From the NCBI GenBank assembly GCA_965223265.1, contig OZ244999.1, positions 2,912,001 through 2,976,000 on the forward strand: a stretch of 64,000 nucleotides of DNA, read 5' to 3'. The DNA comes from Planctomycetota bacterium. Lineage in GTDB: Bacteria; Planctomycetota; UBA8108; SXIK01. The position numbers and the translations under genes are program-made. Every line of letters begins with the position of its first letter. Within the stretch, counting starts at the first letter, position 1. Shown here in pieces: positions 1 through 10,029 of this stretch. The notes under the pieces are model-generated. The model saw nothing but the letters and a program-made list of their open reading frames with translations. It was not told where the DNA came from and ran no database searches.

Positions 1-60
1 GCCGCGGAGGATCTCGCGTGGAGCATGCTTTGTTCGATTGAATTCATCTACCGCCATTGA
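1..60 (+). CDS. 3' end of a DUF1549/DUF1553 (planctomycete PSD1-type) protein, partial
   Basis: Frame 1 reads AAEDLAWSMLCSIEFIYRH-stop, resembling the DL.W.L.NS.EF...H C-terminus of DUF1553 proteins; lies directly upstream of a DUF1501 gene. Confidence 0.75.
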   Translation, partial: AAEDLAWSMLCSIEFIYRH

Positions 61-139
61 AAAAGCTCATGAAACTGACAATGATCACGACAGGAACGAT
101 CTGGACGATCAGGGAGAATGCGATGAAGGAGGCGAAGCT

Positions 140-1438
140 GTGAACGCCCTACGCCCTTTCTGTGATGGAATGCGCCGGCGCGATTTCCTACGAGTTGGTT
201 CTGCAAGTCTCTTCGGAATGAGCATGTCCCTGCCGGAGCTTCTGGCTGCCGAAGCGAAGGTCGCCGAGAATGGTGGCGCATCGAACGATGTGTCTGTCAT
301 TTGGCTCTTTCTTTGGGGCGGGTTGAGCACGATCGATACGTTCGACATGAAGCCAGATGCGCCGCGGGAGATTCGCGGCGAGTTCCAGCCGATCGCTACG
401 AACGTGCCAGGCTTGCAGGTTTGCGACCAACTTCCCAATTGCGCCAAGATTGCCGACAAGTATTCGCTGGTTCGGTCGTTCGCCCATGGCAATTCTTCCC
501 ACGGGCCGGCAGACGAGTTGCTAATGACCGGCTACTTACAGAAGAAGCGCCCCGCCTTTGGGTCAGTCGTAGCTCACGAGTTCGGCGCGCAGGGTGAATT
601 GCCTCCGTATGTGATGCTGCCGCGTATGCATCCGAGCGCCGGACCTGAGTTCCTGGGTTCGAATGCGGCACCGTTTTTGATCGACGCGGACCCGAGCATT
701 CCAGGGTTTTCCGTTCCCGATCTGGCGCCACCGCTCGACGTTGACTCGAACCGCCTGGCGGATCGCCGTGGCCTGCTCGGTAAGGTGGATCGGTATCGAA
801 AGCACATCGAAAAGCAAAGCGCCGCCGGCGCCTTCGGTGAGTTTCGCGATAAGGCGTTCGGTCTCATGACGTCGGATGCAGCGAAGCGTGCGTTCGACAT
901 TCAGTCCGAGCCTGAAAAGATGCGGCAGCGCTACGGCATGCACACGATGGGGCAGTCGCTGCTTATGGCACGCCGGCTTGTCGCCTCGGGTGTCCGTTAC
1001 GTCATGGTCGCGCACAACAACTGGGACACTCACGAGAACAACTTCGGCGATCTCAAGCAGAACCTGCTGCCACATTTTGATGAGGCCTTTCCAACCCTGA
1101 TCAACGATCTCGATGACCGCGGCATGCTCGAAAAAACCCTCGTGATCGTAACAGGTGAGTTCGGGCGCACACCGCGGATCAATAACAACGCAGGGCGCGA
1201 CCATTGGGGCCCATGCTTCACGATCCTGTTCGCCGGCGGCGGTGTTCAGGGTGGTCGCGTGATCGGCGCTTCCGACAGCTGGGCAGCGAAACCGGCGACC
1301 GCGCCGTATGGCCCACACGATTTCGGCAAGACGATTTACCAGTTGCTCGGAATCGACAGCGAAAAGCTCGTGTACACCCCGGATGGTCGCCCAGTCAAGC
1401 TCCTCGACGAAGGGCGCGTCATGCAGGAACTCCTATGA
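140..1438 (+). CDS. DUF1501 domain protein, Tat-exported
   Basis: RRRDFLRVG Tat motif, GGLSTIDTFDMKP, NWDTH, GEFGRTP, GRDHW motifs; GTG at 140 follows GAAGGAGG RBS (ORF track start 38 overlaps the upstream gene). Confidence 0.9.
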   Translation: MNALRPFCDGMRRRDFLRVGSASLFGMSMSLPELLAAEAKVAENGGASNDVSVIWLFLWGGLSTIDTFDMKPDAPREIRGEFQPIATNVPGLQVCDQLPNCAKIADKYSLVRSFAHGNSSHGPADELLMTGYLQKKRPAFGSVVAHEFGAQGELPPYVMLPRMHPSAGPEFLGSNAAPFLIDADPSIPGFSVPDLAPPLDVDSNRLADRRGLLGKVDRYRKHIEKQSAAGAFGEFRDKAFGLMTSDAAKRAFDIQSEPEKMRQRYGMHTMGQSLLMARRLVASGVRYVMVAHNNWDTHENNFGDLKQNLLPHFDEAFPTLINDLDDRGMLEKTLVIVTGEFGRTPRINNNAGRDHWGPCFTILFAGGGVQGGRVIGASDSWAAKPATAPYGPHDFGKTIYQLLGIDSEKLVYTPDGRPVKLLDEGRVMQELL

Positions 1439-3888
1439 CCATGAGTCTCACCTCAAATCCGCTGGACGACTGTCGCTTGCGGCGTCTCGTACGAGCAGTC
1501 GCGCTGCTTTCGTTTTTGTGCAGCTGGCCGCCGCTTTTCGGCCAACCCAACACATCGGTAGAGCCCATCGCCTCGTATCTCTTTCCCGCCGGTGGGCAGC
1601 GCGGTACCGAGGTTGACGTGCGCGTCGGGGGGATGTTCCTGCACGACGCCTGTCACGTCGTCGTCAGCGGCGACGGTGTCGACGTTGGAGCAACGTTGAA
1701 TGCCACCGAAACTCTCCTGATCGACAAGGTGACACCGCCGAAAACCTACTTTCCCCAGGAGACGAAGTTTCCGCGTGATTATGCCGCACACGTTAGTGTC
1801 GCTGCGGATGCGGACTTGGGAGCTAAGTACCTACGGTTGTGGACGTCGCAGGGAGCGACGACGCAGCTTGCGTTCATCGTCGGCGACTTTCCGGAAGTGG
1901 TTGAGGAAGAAGTCGCAGGCGATCCTTTGCCGGAGCACGTCACCCTGCCGGTGACGACGAACGGGCGTATCTATCCACGTGAGGATGTCGACATCTGGTC
2001 GTTTGAAGCCAAAAGCGGCGATACGATCACGTGCGAAGTGCGGGCCGCGCGACTCGGTTCATCCTTGGAGTCGTTTTTGGAGGTGCGGGGACCTGACGGT
2101 GGGCGCATCGCGGAGAACAGCGGCTACTACGGTTCCGATGCGATGGTTCGCTTCACGGCGCCGGTTGACGGCGTCTACGCAGTCCACGTCTCGGACATTC
2201 GTTTTGGCGGGCTGCAAAGCTCGGTGTATCGCTTGACCATGACCGCAGACGCTTACGTCGACGTGACATACCCGCTCGGCGGACGAGCTGGAAGACCCGT
2301 GCAGGTCGAGCTTGTTGGGTCGAGTCTCTCGAAGCAGGCGGTCGCGCTCCGCATGCCGCGAATGTCGACGAGCGCATTTCGAGTGGTCGTGCCGTCGAGT
2401 CGCGCGGCAGGCAGTCGAGTCGAACTCGATCTCGGCCGATTTCCCGAGAAGCTCGAAGTGGAGCCCAACGATGCTCCGTCGACGGCTATGGAAGTTTCGC
2501 TGCCGGTGACGGTGAACGGACGTATCGATACGCGTGACGATGTCGATCACTGGGCGGTCGTCGCCAACAAAGACGAGACGATCGAGTTCGGCTTCTTGGC
2601 GCGGAGCTCGGGCTCGCCGCTTGACCCGCTCCTGGTCGTTCTCGACCCTGAAGGCCGTGAGGTGACGCGGTCGGAGGCATCTGGGAGTTTCACGGCGCCG
2701 AAGCCCGGGCGGTATGAGCTACGCGTCGTCGACGTCTTCGGCGGACGTGGTGGACCGAGCTTCGCGTATCGCCTCGAGCTTAAGTCGCCAGGTGAGACTC
2801 AGGCTGATTACCAGCTGGCGCTGACTCGTCCGTCGGTGACCTTGACGCGCGGCAAACCCGCAGAGTTGACAGTGCGCGTGGTGCGCAGCGGCGGCTTTGA
2901 TGCGCCGATCGATGTGAACGTGGGGCCACTTCCTGCTGGTGTCAGCGTGGATCCAGTCACGATTGCACCTGGCAAGCCTGAGGCGAAGATCATCTTTAAG
3001 GCCGCTCCCAAGACGCGCATTCGTGCAACTCGATTGCAGGTGACCGGTGTGGCGACGGCGAACGGGTTCCGAATGCGGCGCACGGCGTCATTTCCAGTCG
3101 ACTATGACGGCGGTGCGCTCGACGACGTGCTTTTGGCTGTTGCGATGCCGACGCCGTTCAAGTTTGCCGGCAAGTACGAGATACCCTTCGCGCTGCGCGG
3201 GACATACCACTATCGTCACTACAAGCTCCATCGCGGCGGCTTTGAGGGGCCGATCTTCGTGCGGCTGTCCGACGTGCAGATTCGTCATCAACAGGGAAGC
3301 ACGGGCCGAACGATCACGATCCCCCCAGGGATCAATGAGTTCGACTACCCGTTCCGTTTGTCCCACTGGATTCAAGTCGGCAAGACAAGTCGCACGGTCG
3401 TGATGGCGTACGCCGACGTCGAGGACTTCGACGGCTCGCTCCATCGAGTCGCCTACACATCTGGAGGCACGGGCGACCAGATCATGGTGCAGCCGTCGGC
3501 CGAGCCGCTTGGGATTGCGGTTCAACCGAGTGCGATCGAGGCGGACAGTACGCAGCCAGTCCAGGTTCGCGTAAGGATCATCCGCGACTCCGACCTGCCA
3601 CTCCCGGCGCTCATCGAGGTCGTCCCGGCGCGTCATGTGCGAGGCATTGCGGCTGCTCCGGTGCTCGTGCCGGCGGATGCAGACGAGGCGGTGCTGTCGA
3701 TTCGATGCGCGCCGACAGCAGGCCCGTTCAACGCGCCGCTGGTGATTCGTGCGACGATCGACCTGCCGCGCGACATGGACGTCCGTGGGCGTCCTTTGCG
3801 GCGCGGCGATCCGGTGGTCGCGCGCACCGAGCTGGAGATTGTCTCGCCGCCAGAGGTGGCGACGAGTGTGTCGCGGGCGTCCGACTGA
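1435..3888 (+). CDS. Secreted PPC (pre-peptidase C-terminal) domain protein of planctomycete DUF1501 clusters
   Basis: FPAGGQRGT N-terminal motif, EVEPND, NGRI...DVD repeats; ATG at 1435 overlaps the DUF1501 stop (ATGA). Confidence 0.8.
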   Translation: MTMSLTSNPLDDCRLRRLVRAVALLSFLCSWPPLFGQPNTSVEPIASYLFPAGGQRGTEVDVRVGGMFLHDACHVVVSGDGVDVGATLNATETLLIDKVTPPKTYFPQETKFPRDYAAHVSVAADADLGAKYLRLWTSQGATTQLAFIVGDFPEVVEEEVAGDPLPEHVTLPVTTNGRIYPREDVDIWSFEAKSGDTITCEVRAARLGSSLESFLEVRGPDGGRIAENSGYYGSDAMVRFTAPVDGVYAVHVSDIRFGGLQSSVYRLTMTADAYVDVTYPLGGRAGRPVQVELVGSSLSKQAVALRMPRMSTSAFRVVVPSSRAAGSRVELDLGRFPEKLEVEPNDAPSTAMEVSLPVTVNGRIDTRDDVDHWAVVANKDETIEFGFLARSSGSPLDPLLVVLDPEGREVTRSEASGSFTAPKPGRYELRVVDVFGGRGGPSFAYRLELKSPGETQADYQLALTRPSVTLTRGKPAELTVRVVRSGGFDAPIDVNVGPLPAGVSVDPVTIAPGKPEAKIIFKAAPKTRIRATRLQVTGVATANGFRMRRTASFPVDYDGGALDDVLLAVAMPTPFKFAGKYEIPFALRGTYHYRHYKLHRGGFEGPIFVRLSDVQIRHQQGSTGRTITIPPGINEFDYPFRLSHWIQVGKTSRTVVMAYADVEDFDGSLHRVAYTSGGTGDQIMVQPSAEPLGIAVQPSAIEADSTQPVQVRVRIIRDSDLPLPALIEVVPARHVRGIAAAPVLVPADADEAVLSIRCAPTAGPFNAPLVIRATIDLPRDMDVRGRPLRRGDPVVARTELEIVSPPEVATSVSRASD

Positions 3889-3991
3889 ATCGTCCGCTCA
3901 GCGCGAAACCTGTAGCTCTTCCACCCGGGGGGAGCTGCGGGCGTTGACCGGAGGGAAGGCGAGATTCGAACTGTGCGGACGACTCGCCGGA

Positions 3992-6241
3992 CTACTCGTC
4001 GCTGGAGACAATCCATGCTGCCGCGGCGAGCGCCGCGTCGTCTCCTGTTTTGGAACTGATCTCTACGACGCCCGGGCTCCCCGCAGCGTTGTAGCATGCT
4101 GCGATCACGTCTGCAACCGAGCCTGAATTCCCACCGATCCAAAGCGGATGCGGCGCTGCCAGAGAAAGGAGGCCGGGAAGATCCCCATACTTCACGGCGC
4201 CGGGGAAGAAGTTCACGTCGCTATAGTGGCCCAAGGCGGCGAAGCGGAAATCTCCAGCGTCGATCGCCGTCTTTGCGACGGAGTCGCCCGCTTGCGTGCG
4301 CGCCGCAGCGGCGATCGGCCCAGCGCCCCGTACACCGACCACGTGGATCTCGTCTGGCTGATACGAGCTGTGAGACGCAAATGAGATGAGCGTCAGGACG
4401 TCGTGAACGCGCTGGATAAAGAGAGGGGCGTTGTAGCCGAAGGTGTAACCGGCGAATGCGCGCCTTGTTTTGACCATCGGCGTCTGAGTGAGAGGCGCGG
4501 CGCCGGCGTCGAGAAACTCGCCTTGATAGAGAAGGTCGGCGGTGAGTACTGAGCAGCCGCGGTTGAGCAAAGAGGTGATTTCCGGCCGCAGCGAGCCGGT
4601 GTCATCGTAGAGCCCAGCCTTGCCGCTACCGGTGATCCAGATCACCACTTGGCGGTTCCACTCCTTCGGGTAGAACGACAACACAGGGATCTCTTCACCC
4701 CGTGCATCGAGTCGCAGCACGTCCGCGAAACGGAAGTACTCGCCGAGGTCTTCCTTGCTCACCTTTTTGCGAGCGATCGACTTCTTGGGCGAGATTCCGC
4801 GTCCAACGATGACACCGAGTGCGCCGCCGATGACGCGTCGGTACTCCTCAAGAGAGCTGAGGTCGCGTGGTACGAGCGCGGCAATCTGTCGATTGGCGTC
4901 ACGGTCTATCCACCGTGTGAGCGACTTTTCATGATCTGGGCCGCCCGAGGGTGGTGGATGCTCCGCATCCCAGACAGTCCACTCTTGGCTTGAGAGGGGC
5001 TTGTAGTCCTCTTCCACGATTGGTTCTTTAAGCCCAAGATTCATATACTTATTGAACCAGGAATACATCAGCGCGCGAGTCACGTAGTTGTAGTTGTGCG
5101 GGAAGTGAACGAGCGATTTGCAGAAGACGTGCTCCTTGGCGCCGTAGAGTTCGTAGAGCGCCTGCAGTTGTGGATAACCTTTGGTCATCATGTCGCGAGT
5201 CCAGTCGTCCGCTGCGGTCATTCCCTGCGGCTTTGGTGCGAAAAGTGCAGCGAGTTCGACATTTCCGGTGCCAATCCGAAGGAGACTCGCGTTCTCACAT
5301 GTACAGCCGCCTTGCATCGAGGTCGACACCATGCCCTGTGGGAACGCGACGATCGGCCTTGGGTCGAGCGCTCCGATGACGATGGTCTGCGTGCCGCCGC
5401 CGCTGCCTCCGGTGACACCGACGCGTTCGGGGTCGACGTCCGGAAGGCTGCAAAGAAAGTCGAGTGCGCGCAGGGAGTTGTAGGTCTGCAGCCCGAAGAG
5501 GCTCTGCAGGCGAAGCTCGGCTTGGGTTGAGAAGAAACCCCAGCCGTCCGGCCGATCGAGTTCGGGCCGTGGATCGACGATGCGGTGTGAGTCGCGCTGA
5601 GAGATCTGGACGCTGTCAGCGTAGCCCACCATGTCGTAGATAAACGCTACGCATCCCATGCGTGCGAGTTGGGCGCAGCGAGACAGCTTGGGGAATCTGC
5701 CAGAGCCTTCGAAACGTTCGGCACCCTGCACAATGTGCTTCAGCACGCCCTCAGCGCCGAGATCTTGTAGACGGCCACCGTGACCGTGTGGGGAAAGCAC
5801 CGCAGGCCGTGGCGCCGATCCGCTCGTGGGGCGAAAGAGGAGACCGGTGACGAAGTGCCCGGGATAACTCTCGAAGAAGACTTTTTCGACCGTGAAGCCG
5901 TCTCGCTTCGTCCGCCCGTGAATGACAGAGCGTAGCGGTGTGCGTGTGGGCATCGGCCAGAGACCCGAGGAGACGAGAAGGCGGCGTCGAAGCAGCTCCG
6001 CGCGCTCTTTCCATTCCTGACGACTTTTGGGAACGATGAACGGAAAGTCGTCGTTGAGAGTTTTGAGGTGGCCGATGCGTCCATCGGCGGGTTTGACTCC
6101 CTCCGGAAAGACGCGTGGGAGCTCGGCGCTGAAGAGTCGCGCGTTGAGCCCCGCGAGCATGACGGCGCAAAGGACAATGGCTGTACTGGTGCGAGGACGA
6201 AGTTTGGGTGCGGAGATCATCGCGTTGATAGTCGCGCTCAT
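3992..6241 (-). CDS. Secreted two-domain alpha/beta hydrolase (acetyl-xylan-esterase-like)
   Basis: Signal peptide; VLSPHGH; nucleophile elbow GVTGGSGGGTQT; GGCTCEN; HFPHNY; second degenerate hydrolase domain. Confidence 0.75.
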   Translation of the reverse strand: MSATINAMISAPKLRPRTSTAIVLCAVMLAGLNARLFSAELPRVFPEGVKPADGRIGHLKTLNDDFPFIVPKSRQEWKERAELLRRRLLVSSGLWPMPTRTPLRSVIHGRTKRDGFTVEKVFFESYPGHFVTGLLFRPTSGSAPRPAVLSPHGHGGRLQDLGAEGVLKHIVQGAERFEGSGRFPKLSRCAQLARMGCVAFIYDMVGYADSVQISQRDSHRIVDPRPELDRPDGWGFFSTQAELRLQSLFGLQTYNSLRALDFLCSLPDVDPERVGVTGGSGGGTQTIVIGALDPRPIVAFPQGMVSTSMQGGCTCENASLLRIGTGNVELAALFAPKPQGMTAADDWTRDMMTKGYPQLQALYELYGAKEHVFCKSLVHFPHNYNYVTRALMYSWFNKYMNLGLKEPIVEEDYKPLSSQEWTVWDAEHPPPSGGPDHEKSLTRWIDRDANRQIAALVPRDLSSLEEYRRVIGGALGVIVGRGISPKKSIARKKVSKEDLGEYFRFADVLRLDARGEEIPVLSFYPKEWNRQVVIWITGSGKAGLYDDTGSLRPEITSLLNRGCSVLTADLLYQGEFLDAGAAPLTQTPMVKTRRAFAGYTFGYNAPLFIQRVHDVLTLISFASHSSYQPDEIHVVGVRGAGPIAAAARTQAGDSVAKTAIDAGDFRFAALGHYSDVNFFPGAVKYGDLPGLLSLAAPHPLWIGGNSGSVADVIAACYNAAGSPGVVEISSKTGDDAALAAAAWIVSSDE

Positions 6242-6441
6242 CGAGCTGCGAAAGCTCCCTCGAAGCGTGTGGATGGAGGTTCAGACCGCGTCCTTACGAT
6301 ACGAAGCGAGGGCCTACGCATCCAGCCCTCCCCGAGCGATGGCCTCGACACGGCGGCGAACATTCCGCGATCACGTGGTACCATGGGCTGAAGCGCCGAC
6401 TCCGGGGGCGAGGGCTCCCTTTCCGCTCGAATCGAAAGTGG

Positions 6442-8172
6442 GTGAAAACTATGTGTCGACCGCGACCCGTTGCGCTCCTGCTGTTTTTGTTGTCACTTTC
6501 CTCGATCGCCGGGCTTGAAGCTGGAGGAGCTGCCTCCTCCGAGGACAAACCGACTCAGCGGCAAATTCGCGAGGAGTTGGGTCGACTAGAGCAGGCGATC
6601 AAGCGCGGCGAGGAAAACGAGATCTCCTCCGCTCTCAAAGCGATCGCGCGAGGTGGGGGTGTCGAGCGCCTCGCCGCACTTATGAAGTGGGCGAAAAGAG
6701 TGTCCGCGAATCAGCAGACCGTTTACTGGACGCTCATCCGTGGCATCGGGAGCTTTCGTGATCGCCCCTCGCTCGAGCACCTTGGCAAGGCGATTCTGAA
6801 GGACAAGAAAGGGGTGTTGGGGCGCGACGCTCTGTACGCCTTGACGCGCAACTCGTCGCGATTCAGGGTGTACGCTTTCGGGCCAGTATTGCAGCAGGGT
6901 GCGCAAAGCCTGAAGGAGCTCGCAGCCGAAGGACTGGGGAGCGTCAAGTCACCGGTCGCAGTCGACTACTTGGTCGAAGCCCTGCTGGTGGAGTACGACC
7001 GCGAAAAAGAAGAGCAGAGCACGTTGGCGCATCTGATCGTCGAAAGTCTGACGCGATTGACTGGGAAGACGTTTGGCTTCGCTACCTTGAACTGGCAGAG
7101 CTGGTGGAAGAAGAACCGTGACCGACGCTTGCGCGGTGCGTCCAAATCGGGCGGCGGGTCGAAGACTTCTACAGGAACTGCTGTCGATTACCTTGATCGC
7201 GAACGACGCAAGCGATTTGTCGGCGTCGAGAAGGCACCCAAGAGAGCGGTCGTCGTCTTAAGCGCGACGTTTTCCAAAAAAGCTGAAATCGACCTCAACA
7301 ACGACTACATCGAGGTTGCCCTCGAATCCATGGGCGTGCCGCACACCGTTGTACCTCGCGACGAGTTCCTTCGCTTTGATCTATCAAAGACCGGTGCAGT
7401 GTTGATCAACTGCGCGCAGTTCCATCGCCTCTGCATATGTCCCGATTGCAAACAATCAGGAGGGATCAAGAATCGCTTGCGAGAGTGCTCCGGGTGCAAT
7501 CGACATATTCCATTCTTTCCACGCCTGAGCAGCCAGCATGTGAAAAAGCTGAAAACGTTTGTCGCCGGCGGTGGGTTTGTCTTTTGTGAAGACTGGTCGG
7601 TCAAAGAATTCCTCGAGAACGCCTACCCCAAGTACGTTACCAGCGGTGAGAAACTGCGGCGGACGAAGGCCGGTGCGATCAACCTTGACGACGAGCCGAC
7701 GTACCTCAAGAGTTTTTCAGTCGATGTGTTCCCGGCGCGCGGCCAAGCGACGCATCCGTATTTGCGCGGTGTGTTCGCTGGCGATCGGTCTGTCCGGCGC
7801 AAGAAAAAGCTCGTCAAACTGAACTATGAATGGCTCGTCGATGATGAGAGTTTCGCGCTAAAGGTTCACAACAAGTCGCGAGTTGTGCCGCTTCTTGTGA
7901 GCCCCGATCTAGAGGAAGACGTGGGAGACGACTCGCTCGTCGCCTTGGCTTTTCGGCCAGGCAGCAAGGTCCCACCAGGGCGGTTTACTGGGGGTGGCAA
8001 GCTCCCTGGCGTCGTCATGCAGGTGCTGAGCCATTTCGGTCACCAGGAAAGCGTGCTCGACCAGCACAGCATTCAGAACCTGCTCTTGAACTTCCTCATC
8101 GACGCAAACGTCGAGACGCGCTACCGAACAGGTCTTCGCGAGGAAGAAGAGGACGGCGGAGACGAATCTTGA
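6442..8172 (+). CDS. Secreted HEAT-repeat protein with C-terminal GATase-like alpha/beta domain and Cys-rich insert
   Basis: Signal peptide, helical repeats ending LTGKTFG...NWQSWW, then LINC...FVAGGGFVFCEDW; CICPDC and CSGC motifs. Confidence 0.6.
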   Translation: MKTMCRPRPVALLLFLLSLSSIAGLEAGGAASSEDKPTQRQIREELGRLEQAIKRGEENEISSALKAIARGGGVERLAALMKWAKRVSANQQTVYWTLIRGIGSFRDRPSLEHLGKAILKDKKGVLGRDALYALTRNSSRFRVYAFGPVLQQGAQSLKELAAEGLGSVKSPVAVDYLVEALLVEYDREKEEQSTLAHLIVESLTRLTGKTFGFATLNWQSWWKKNRDRRLRGASKSGGGSKTSTGTAVDYLDRERRKRFVGVEKAPKRAVVVLSATFSKKAEIDLNNDYIEVALESMGVPHTVVPRDEFLRFDLSKTGAVLINCAQFHRLCICPDCKQSGGIKNRLRECSGCNRHIPFFPRLSSQHVKKLKTFVAGGGFVFCEDWSVKEFLENAYPKYVTSGEKLRRTKAGAINLDDEPTYLKSFSVDVFPARGQATHPYLRGVFAGDRSVRRKKKLVKLNYEWLVDDESFALKVHNKSRVVPLLVSPDLEEDVGDDSLVALAFRPGSKVPPGRFTGGGKLPGVVMQVLSHFGHQESVLDQHSIQNLLLNFLIDANVETRYRTGLREEEEDGGDES

Positions 8173-8174
8173 GG

Positions 8175-9299
8175 CTAGTCCGCGTCAGCTGCGACTGCTT
8201 CGGCTTGGCAGCGTCGGACTTCTTCGACAAGCTCCTGAACTTCTGGCCATTCTGGATTCGCGCAGCGTTCAAGGACGCGGAGCGCATCTTCGAACGATCC
8301 GGAGCTTAAGAGAAGGCTGGCCAGGTGCAGCGTTGGCGCGTTGTAGCCGGGGTTGAGCTCGACGACACGGCGCAGCTCGGTAACTGCTTGCTCCCTTTCT
8401 GCACCATCGACAAGCAGAAGAGCCAGGTAGTAGCGATAGTCCGGGTACAGGGGGCGCAGAACCACTGCCTGATGCAAACAACGCTTTGCTTCGTCGAATC
8501 GATCGTGATCAGCGTGAATGAATCCCAACTCGACGTACGCTTCACTGCAGAGCCCGTCGACCGTGATGGCGGCTTGGTGCCAGCGGACCGCTTCATCCCA
8601 TCTCGACTGCGTCTGTAGGAACCTCCCCATGTGGTTCATAAGCTGTGTATGCCCCACGGTCCTTGCGTTCGCGTCGAGGAGTACGGATTCAGCGGCTTTG
8701 ACGTCACCTTGGTTGCTGAGTGCATTGGCGTCGAGAATCGATCTTTTGACGGCGAAGGGGTTCGACCATGTCTTGCAAGCCTGCAAATCGACGGCTGCGA
8801 AGAACTCGCGATCGACCTCAAGTTCGCAAGCTAGTTTGTCGTGAAGCGCGGCAATCTGCTCGAGCCGAGCCTTGACAGCGTTTACTTCGCCGGCCTGGTC
8901 CATGGCAGCGGCCACATGGGCAAGAACGTAGGGGGCGTTGGGGCGGATCCTTTGCGCCCGTACGAGTTGGGCGATGCCAGACGACGTCCAGCCGTGCCGC
9001 ATACAGAAGACACCAAGAGGAAAAATGACATTGAAGTCATCGAGATTGCTCACGCGGAGACGGCGGAATTCGTTGATGCTCGAGGCCGTCTTTCCTGCTT
9101 CGGCCAGGGTGAAGCAGCGCGAAATCGCAGGGTCGAGGTAGCGAGGATTGAGGTCGTTGGCTTTTGTAAAAGCCATGAGAGCGTCGTCGTAGCGCTCAAG
9201 CGCAGAGAATGTGAGGCCCAAATGGTACCACGCATCGGGGTACTGAGAGTCGAATCGCGCTGCGTCGCGTACTTGTCTCTCGTAGATCTCGCGGTTCAT
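8175..9299 (-). CDS. Tetratricopeptide repeat protein
   Basis: Repeated TPR consensus (YPDAWYHLG, LNPRY, LRPLYPDYRYYLA, LNPGY). Confidence 0.85.
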   Translation of the reverse strand: MNREIYERQVRDAARFDSQYPDAWYHLGLTFSALERYDDALMAFTKANDLNPRYLDPAISRCFTLAEAGKTASSINEFRRLRVSNLDDFNVIFPLGVFCMRHGWTSSGIAQLVRAQRIRPNAPYVLAHVAAAMDQAGEVNAVKARLEQIAALHDKLACELEVDREFFAAVDLQACKTWSNPFAVKRSILDANALSNQGDVKAAESVLLDANARTVGHTQLMNHMGRFLQTQSRWDEAVRWHQAAITVDGLCSEAYVELGFIHADHDRFDEAKRCLHQAVVLRPLYPDYRYYLALLLVDGAEREQAVTELRRVVELNPGYNAPTLHLASLLLSSGSFEDALRVLERCANPEWPEVQELVEEVRRCQAEAVAADAD

Positions 9300-9667
9300 C
9301 GTTGCGCCTCTTTTTTCTCCTCTTGGTTCTCACGCTCCTCTATCTCCAGGGTCTGCTGCGCCTCGTCGCAAGCATTGACCGCTGACGCGCGTTTCGTGTT
9401 CTCCCACTCTCCGGTCGGACTGCGGCGCCACGACGCGAAATCGAAGAACACTTGGCGGACCGCGGGTATCCGGCGCACCTCGCACTCCAGAGTCTGAAGA
9501 CGCTTTTCATCGATCACGTGGACGCTCGAATCGCCCAGCTGGACTAAGTCGCCGCTGACGCGAACCGTGCCGCGGAAGGAAGAGATCCGGATCTTTTGCA
9601 CGTCAATCCAGTGCCGCGCGAAGACAGATCTCGTTCTCGAATTGATTTGGAAATCTGAGACCGACAC
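9296..9667 (-). CDS. Small hypothetical protein, possible BON-like fold
   Basis: D.QI...R.V......IRISSFRGTVRVSG...RRIPAVRQV pattern; 4-nt overlap with the TPR gene. Confidence 0.55.
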   Translation of the reverse strand: MSVSDFQINSRTRSVFARHWIDVQKIRISSFRGTVRVSGDLVQLGDSSVHVIDEKRLQTLECEVRRIPAVRQVFFDFASWRRSPTGEWENTKRASAVNACDEAQQTLEIEERENQEEKKEAQR

Positions 9668-9879
9668 GTCGTACCGCCGAGGAGTTAGAGTGTAGGTGTG
9701 TTCCCGCGAGCTGCTGAAATCGATCGCTCGTGAGAAGCGTACGACGTGTCGGTCTCCGCGGCGAGCGATCTACGCCCGATTCGTAGATTGTGAGAGGTTA
9801 TCGTCGAGATCGAGGAGCATTATCGACGCGAAACGCCGAACTCGAGGTGAGTCGAAGTCCTATTGCAAAAGGCGACTAG

Positions 9880-10029
9880 TCCGCATTTCTCACAAGATTT
9901 CGTAGCGAGGTGTCGCGAGTCGTGTCGTGGCAAGGAAGGCCTTGCGATTCGACCGTTGAGTCCGACCGAGGAGGGAGGACGAAAGCGCGACTTATGGTGC
10001 CGCAGTAGGAATTTCGTGAGAAATGCGGA
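9880..10029. mobile_element. ~150-bp non-autonomous inverted-repeat element (MITE-like), possibly IS1380-type ends
   Basis: Perfect 16-bp inverted repeat AGTCCGCATTTCTCAC (9878-9893) / GTGAGAAATGCGGACT (10016-10031); flanks CTAG / CTCG; no coding capacity. Confidence 0.55.

Noticed and set aside
1204-1434. N-terminal extension of the PPC protein ORF
   Set aside because: Lies inside the DUF1501 gene; the coupled ATG at 1435 is preferred
3889-3991. GGAGGGAAGGCGAGATTCGAACT resembling a reverse tRNA 3' end
   Set aside because: T-stem does not pair and no cloverleaf forms; only GC-rich hairpins between convergent genes
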